Positions 58,117-64,000 of a stretch of 64,000 bases of DNA are shown here, in pieces. The stretch's first letter is position 1. Each line of letters starts with the position of its first letter. Below the pieces are notes generated by a model. It saw only the letters and a list, made by a program, of their open reading frames with translations, searched no databases and was not told the origin of the DNA. The DNA is from Chrysomallon squamiferum (lineage: Eukaryota > Animalia > Mollusca). The DNA lies in assembly GCA_012295275.1 (NCBI GenBank), contig CM022669.1:9300001-9364000 (forward strand). Direction: 5' to 3'. Position numbers and translations under genes: made by a program.

Positions 58117-58507
58117 AATGAAAATATCTCTGATCTGGTAATCATCAGTTGGAATATCTTTCTTACTGCTGCCTGCTGAGAAATACTTGCCAGTTTTGCC
58201 AAGCCAAAAGAATTCCATGTCAACATAAAAAATAAAAAAAAAAAAAAAAAAAAAAAATTACCTGCCAACAAACAGGCTAAGTAAACTCTGCTTCTATCAA
58301 TCAACCATTCTGTTAACTTTTCATACACTGAATGAAGGCTCAAGTACGTGTGACGTGGGCAACATAGCCAAATAAGACACTCCCAAGTCATTGTTAATTT
58401 TAATAGGGCTGAGTTAGAAAGTGAAAGACATACAATGAATATGTTAAAGACAATTTATTTAGGGAAGATATATGTTAAATAAGTAGAGAGAAGCATAGAT
58501 ACAGAAC

Positions 58508-58633
58508 TGTTGACGAGATAAAACATGAGGAATGTTGACACAAGATAAAACATGAGGAATGTCGACAAGATAAAACATGAGGAATGTCGACAAGATAAAA
58601 CATGAAGACTGTTGACACAAGATAAAACATGAG
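58508..58633. repeat. ~25-27 bp tandem repeat (GACAAGATAAAACATGAGGAATGTY), ~5 copies, intronic
   Basis: AGATAAAACATGA recurs five times in ~125 bp. Confidence 0.88.
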
Positions 58634-59017
58634 AAATCAAAATGAGAACTACTGGATGATGATTTAACATGAAGACAGTTGTAAAAAAAAGAAGATAATA
58701 ATACTAATAATTATCAGCTGACTTCTGGCAGTGTAGTAAAAATGAGAATTTGAAAGCCTTCAAGGGACATTGAGATTATTAGCCTCTGAAGTGAGTCCAC
58801 GGTCAGCTGATGAGGTTTCTCAATACAGTTGTTCTCCAGTTGACTTGATGATCAACTTCGCTGGGGCCTGACATTAAAATCTCATCACTCTCACTTTCCT
58901 CTCCCTTCTTTGTTGAAGAGGTGACAAAAGGGAAAGATAATAGCTTTACCAGAAACTGGCAGTAATGCACTTGACCAGCACAGTGTTTAGTGTAGTGCTT
59001 GAAAGACACAGGGACAA

Positions 59018-59103
<86 letters not shown>

Positions 59104-60040
59104 AAAAACAGCAAAGAAGACAGATATTAATACAAATTTACAACCATTTTTTTATTAATGATTATTATTAGACTGACTGATCAGTGATCCTATCAACATA
59201 AGCTGAGACATGGTTGCTATGGTAATAAGCTAGCTTACTACATCAGCTGAGGCAGAAACTTCCTAATTCGTGTGAATTCTACAATTTCATTTTCTAAATG
59301 TGTGCCTGTCTATCTGCCTGTTATTTATGTAAGAAGAAAAGTAAATAAAAAAGCAACACAAATTTCTCAGGTGGATATATGAAACAGAAACCCATATCCA
59401 AAACTTGAAAAAAAATAAAAAAAAAAAAAAAAAAAAAAAAAAAATAAATAAATAAATAAATAAATAAAAAATAAATGAAATAAAAAAAATAAATAAATAA
59501 ATAAATAAATAAATGAAATAATAATAAAAAGAAAGATTAATAAAAAACTAATAATAATAAATAAATGAATAACAGAATGAAAGAAAAAATAAATATTGAA
59601 AAACTAATAACAATAAAATGAAAAAATAAAACTGAAAAATAAAAGGAAATAAAGAAATAATAATAAATAATAGTAATTAGATTTTAAAAAAATTGAATAA
59701 ATAAACCTGTCAGTATAATATTCTAATTAGGTCTCTTGGTTTCTCGTTTCAGGTTAACTGAATTACATTTATCCTAACACAATTCACAAACTGACTTCTC
59801 ATTAGGATAAAGCTGCAGGCTATTGGAAGGGTTATTATATTTAAAAAGAAATAAGAGTGCAGGACTACATCAGCCAAGAGCTTGAAGATATTTACTCAGA
59901 TGGAAATCATGAAATTAATCTGTTATATTGTGTTCATAAATGTCTATTTTTAGAAAGCTATCTTCATAATGACCTGAAATAAGGATATATAAAAAAAGAA
60001 TAGAAATGATTGAGAGAGTGAGTTAATGAGAGAAAGAAAG

Positions 60041-60108
<68 letters not shown>

Positions 60109-60874
60109 ACTGATTTGGTTTTTGCAAAAATATTACAACAATATATTGTTAAACGTAAATATTTCATCATCATCATCATCATCATCATTATCATTATCAT
60201 CATCATACTAATAATATTAGACTAATGTATGTTTTTCACATACAAGTGAGAGGACTGCAAGTTAAGTATGTTTGTTTTCTTTCACTTGGGTTTCTGACAG
60301 ATGTGATGGACACGTCTGTCTGATTTTACCATTTCCTCTAAGAGAAACTCAGTCAACATCATCAGCCATCACATCTTTCAGTTAAACATTTTAGACAACA
60401 TCCCAGACAGTTATTGTTTCTGTAGACATAAAAAAAGGAAACTAATGGATTGGGTTTGGGTGTTGGTTTTTTTGAGGGGGGTTGGTGGGGGTGTTGACTA
60501 TAGAGATTAATAAACTGTCTATGGTAATGAATTAGTTTTTTAATGTCTTCAGCAGTGTTTGGCATAGCTTCAGATACTGCAGAACACAACAACATCAGGG
60601 TCAAAGATCACTGAGTGTTTTCCCACTCTCTGTGTTTTCTCCCATTCCAACTCAACAAACAAACATACACTTGTTAGCATCCAGGTCTGAGATCACTTAC
60701 AGACGTGTTTGTTGTCATGGTGATAACACTTGCACAGTTTAGCGTTAATTGAGTTTATTGCTTATAGCTTTACACATTTTTTTTTTTTTTTTATAGTTTT
60801 GTAATTTTTTTGAAATCTCCGCTTTTAAAATGAATATTAAAACACGTATTATATTTATTTACATATCTTGTTTC

Positions 60875-60906
<32 letters not shown>

Positions 60907-61210
60907 GATTTCTGATTTATTACAATACATTCACTGTTGTTGATGAGCAAACTTGTACCACTCTAAAACCAAGTAATCAAAAAAAAACAGGTAAAAATTC
61001 TGTTTTCTCACAAATATTCATGAAACTCAAATAACCAAGAAAACACAAGTAAGAGCCTGAAGACAATAAAATCATGGAGGCAGTGAGTGAGACCAGCATT
61101 TGAGATCTTTTTTATTTTCACAATACCACTCAGTTTAATGCAGCACAAACTAGCTTCAAGAAACCATTGTAATGAAACCATGCTCAAGAGGTCAGAACAG
61201 TAAATATCAC

Positions 61211-61280
<70 letters not shown>

Positions 61281-61472
61281 ACGATTTATTACCTATACAC
61301 ACAGTTAGTGTGAGTAACTAATTAAATTATTATTTATTCATCATTTTCTATTATTATTTATTTACCTACACATTTTTTCAACAGAATATGAGATAAAAAA
61401 TTGATTGTAAATAACAAAAATAAAATTCCAAAACATACAACTAATATATAAATGTATAAATAAATAAACAAA

Positions 61473-61503
<31 letters not shown>

Positions 61504-62239
61504 ATATCTATTTTAGAAGAAAGTACACTTGTTTAGATTTAGGTTTTCTTTTTCCTGTGTATAGTAAATAAGGTGCAGAAGAGATATTTGTATTTATTTT
61601 TATTTTACATGTCTCTCTCTCCATGTGTGCCTATATGTGTGTATTTGTGTGTCTGTGAGTATACATTTTATGTATTAGCAGTCTCTGAGTCTGTGAGTAT
61701 GTGTGTGAATGTTTCTACATGTCTAAATTTGTCTGTGTTTTGAGTTGTTTGTCAAATTTTTTTTTTTTTTTTGTTCTTTTATTCTCTCACAACACTTTTG
61801 CAATGTCATGTTACCAAAAACCATTCATCATGTTTTTGTTTTGTTTTTTTATTCTTTTTTTAAACAGTAAATTTCTTAAAATAACATATCTAATTTTATT
61901 CCCTTTATTTTTTTATGTTTTTTTCGTTGTTTTTTTTTTTTTTTTTTATTTTCCTTTCAACTTATTGAAAATGAAAATATCTTTCCAGTAACTATTATAA
62001 AGAGCACTGTAAATATTTAGAATGTTGAAAATGTTTTTCTCTTAGGAAACTAATTAAAATGTGTTGCTATGGAATCTGCCTCATGACAACCGATGAACTG
62101 TGTTGGAGAATTCAAATATCACAAGCATAGCAGAAATACCAACTTTAATATATCTTTATTACTGCCTGAAAATATCCTCTGTGTTTACTTTTTATTTACT
62201 TTTTTATTTTGCTATTTAAAAATGAAAAGAAATGATAGA

Positions 62240-62304
<65 letters not shown>

Positions 62305-63147
62305 GGAATGGACAAAAACTATAATAAAATATTAAAGCTTAAATCATTTAAGTTAAATAATGAAATAAAATAAAATAAATAAATAACTAAAAAAACAAAA
62401 TGTTTTAAAAAAGAGCAAATAAGCTTAAATCTATTTTTGGCAATTGACATCAATTGGAACAATTAATATGACATTATCTTTAATCTAGAAAACAAAGTAC
62501 TGCCCTAGGGTTGGGTGTGGATAATAGGGTTTTAATCAGAACACTGAAAGATAAAATATATAATGAGAACCCTTTGGCAATCATTTGAACAGAAGACACT
62601 TGAGAAGACAAAAGAACAATGCATGGTTTAAACAACAAAAAATGTGTTGTTTTGTGTAAATATTGATGTGTTTGTTAGACAAAAGAATGTGTTACTCCTG
62701 TTGTTGTTTGTGAACAGGGGGGTGAAAGGAGGGGGTGGAATAAGAGGATGGTGATAATGTCTGACACCACTAGGAAGATGAGAATAGCAGCTAAGAAACA
62801 AAACAAAATGTCACAAGAGAGAGACAAAGGTTAATCATTTAATTTTAATTATGAAAGAGAGAGAAAAAAAAAGAAAGAAGAGAAAAGAAAAGGAGAGAAA
62901 AGATAAAACTCAAATTTAAATAAGAGAAAGAAATAACTGACTTAAATAATGAAAGATAATAAATTAATAAAAATGTGTACTGGGGAGGTGTAAAAACTGA
63001 TATATTTAAATGAATTTTAAACAAAATTAAACTAAAAAAAGAAGGGGTATAACTTGCGTGGTGGTGGTGGATATAATTTTAACATGAATAATTCTAATTA
63101 TAAATTATAAATGGTAATCCGATTCTGATCACTAGCAGTCCACACAA

Positions 63148-63178
<31 letters not shown>

Positions 63179-63266
63179 ATGTCAAACGATTAAAATAAAT
63201 AAAAACCTGCTTGACACTGACAAGTTAAAAAGGGTAACAAAGTAGTACACAGTAACACAAGCAGTT

Positions 63267-63394
63267 CTTTACACTTTTACATCAAATAACACTTTTACAC
63301 ACACACAACACAAAGTGCTTTTACATCAAATATACTTTACACACAAACTCTTTTACATCAAATATACTTTACACACACACACTCTTTTACATCA
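63267..63394. repeat. Degenerate tandem repeat CTTTTACATCAAATATACTTTACACAC, ~4 copies
   Basis: CTTTTACATCA recurs four times, interleaved with CTTTACACAC. Confidence 0.75.
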
Positions 63395-63608
63395 GCAGCC
63401 AATAGCAAATATAGTTTACAAACACACACAGACACTAGAGATATATCACAAGTCATAGACTATATGTTACAAAAGAAGATTCAGGAAATATTTATAGGTA
63501 ATAGTTTCGAAATTAAAGGAAATAAAACAATTCTTCTTGTGGACAGGTACCTTAAAAATTTTTAAATACATTTCATCATTTTGAGCTGGTTGTTTAAATC
63601 TTTGCTGC

Positions 63609-63639
<31 letters not shown>

Positions 63640-63722
63640 TTTTTTTCCCCTTTCTCTGTACACCTCAGTCAACACCCCAAAGACTACACCTGTTACCTAA
63701 TAATGTGACAAATTGTGTTTAC

Positions 63723-63810
63723 CTTGGTGGGGCCCAGTCATGTTTTGTAGCATCCAGCAAAGTTCCAACGTACGTTTTTCCTCTCCAGGTAACATTGACT
63801 ACCAAAACAC
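63723..63810 (-). CDS. ZNF608: ZNF608/ZNF609 (scribbler/brakeless) family, internal 88-nt coding exon: (G)[28 protein letters not shown](R)
   Basis: Not in the ORF track; translated by hand. Acceptor tttattacAG| at 63812-63811, donor |GTAAAC at 63722. The peptide matches the hallmark ZNF608/609/Brakeless block [30 protein letters not shown]. It ends in phase 2 (AG), and the A at 52565 completes AGA (Arg). Confidence 0.95.
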
Positions 63811-63852
63811 CTGTAATAAATGAATTAGTATTAATAAATTAGTGTCAGAAAT

Positions 63853-63941
<89 letters not shown>

Positions 63942-64000
63942 CAAAATCAAAAGGAAACATTCTCTATTAATAATTGTTTGTCATTTTGATATTCTCGAAA

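Larger units (their letters stand above)
52566..63722 (-). other. Phase-2 GT-AG intron (11,157 bp) of the ZNF608-like gene
   Basis: Canonical ends; the spliced peptide ...HDWAPPR|LNCESP... is collinear with the family. Confidence 0.88.

Noticed and set aside
58726-58745. TGGCAGTGT, a miR-34-like 5' end
   Set aside because: Diverges after 9 nt and no complementary arm is visible nearby.

Overview
AT-rich, microsatellite-dense animal genomic DNA. It is probably an invertebrate such as a mollusc or other lophotrochozoan, inferred from composition and the CpG pattern. One protein-coding gene is supported: the 3' part of a ZNF608/ZNF609 (Drosophila scribbler/brakeless) orthologue on the minus strand. 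It has three reconstructable coding exons (63810-63723, 52565-48930, 38648-38584) with canonical GT-AG introns in consistent phases. The 3.6-kb exon carries a 1-nt frame break after a poly-Ala tract. Its 5' exons lie beyond the window. The first ~36 kb is gene-free and CpG-retaining, with islands of unique, motif-rich DNA between microsatellites, which looks like a regulatory gene desert. The gene's introns are CpG-depleted. The most unusual non-coding items are a 7-copy array of a 15-bp semi-palindromic motif separated by unique 29-47 bp spacers (6752-7089), a near-perfect 26-bp-arm hairpin (11124-11179), a CpG-rich 61-bp tandem array, a minisatellite with a 433-bp higher-order duplication, and several dense homotypic motif clusters. 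No rRNA, tRNA, transposase or cas genes were recognised.
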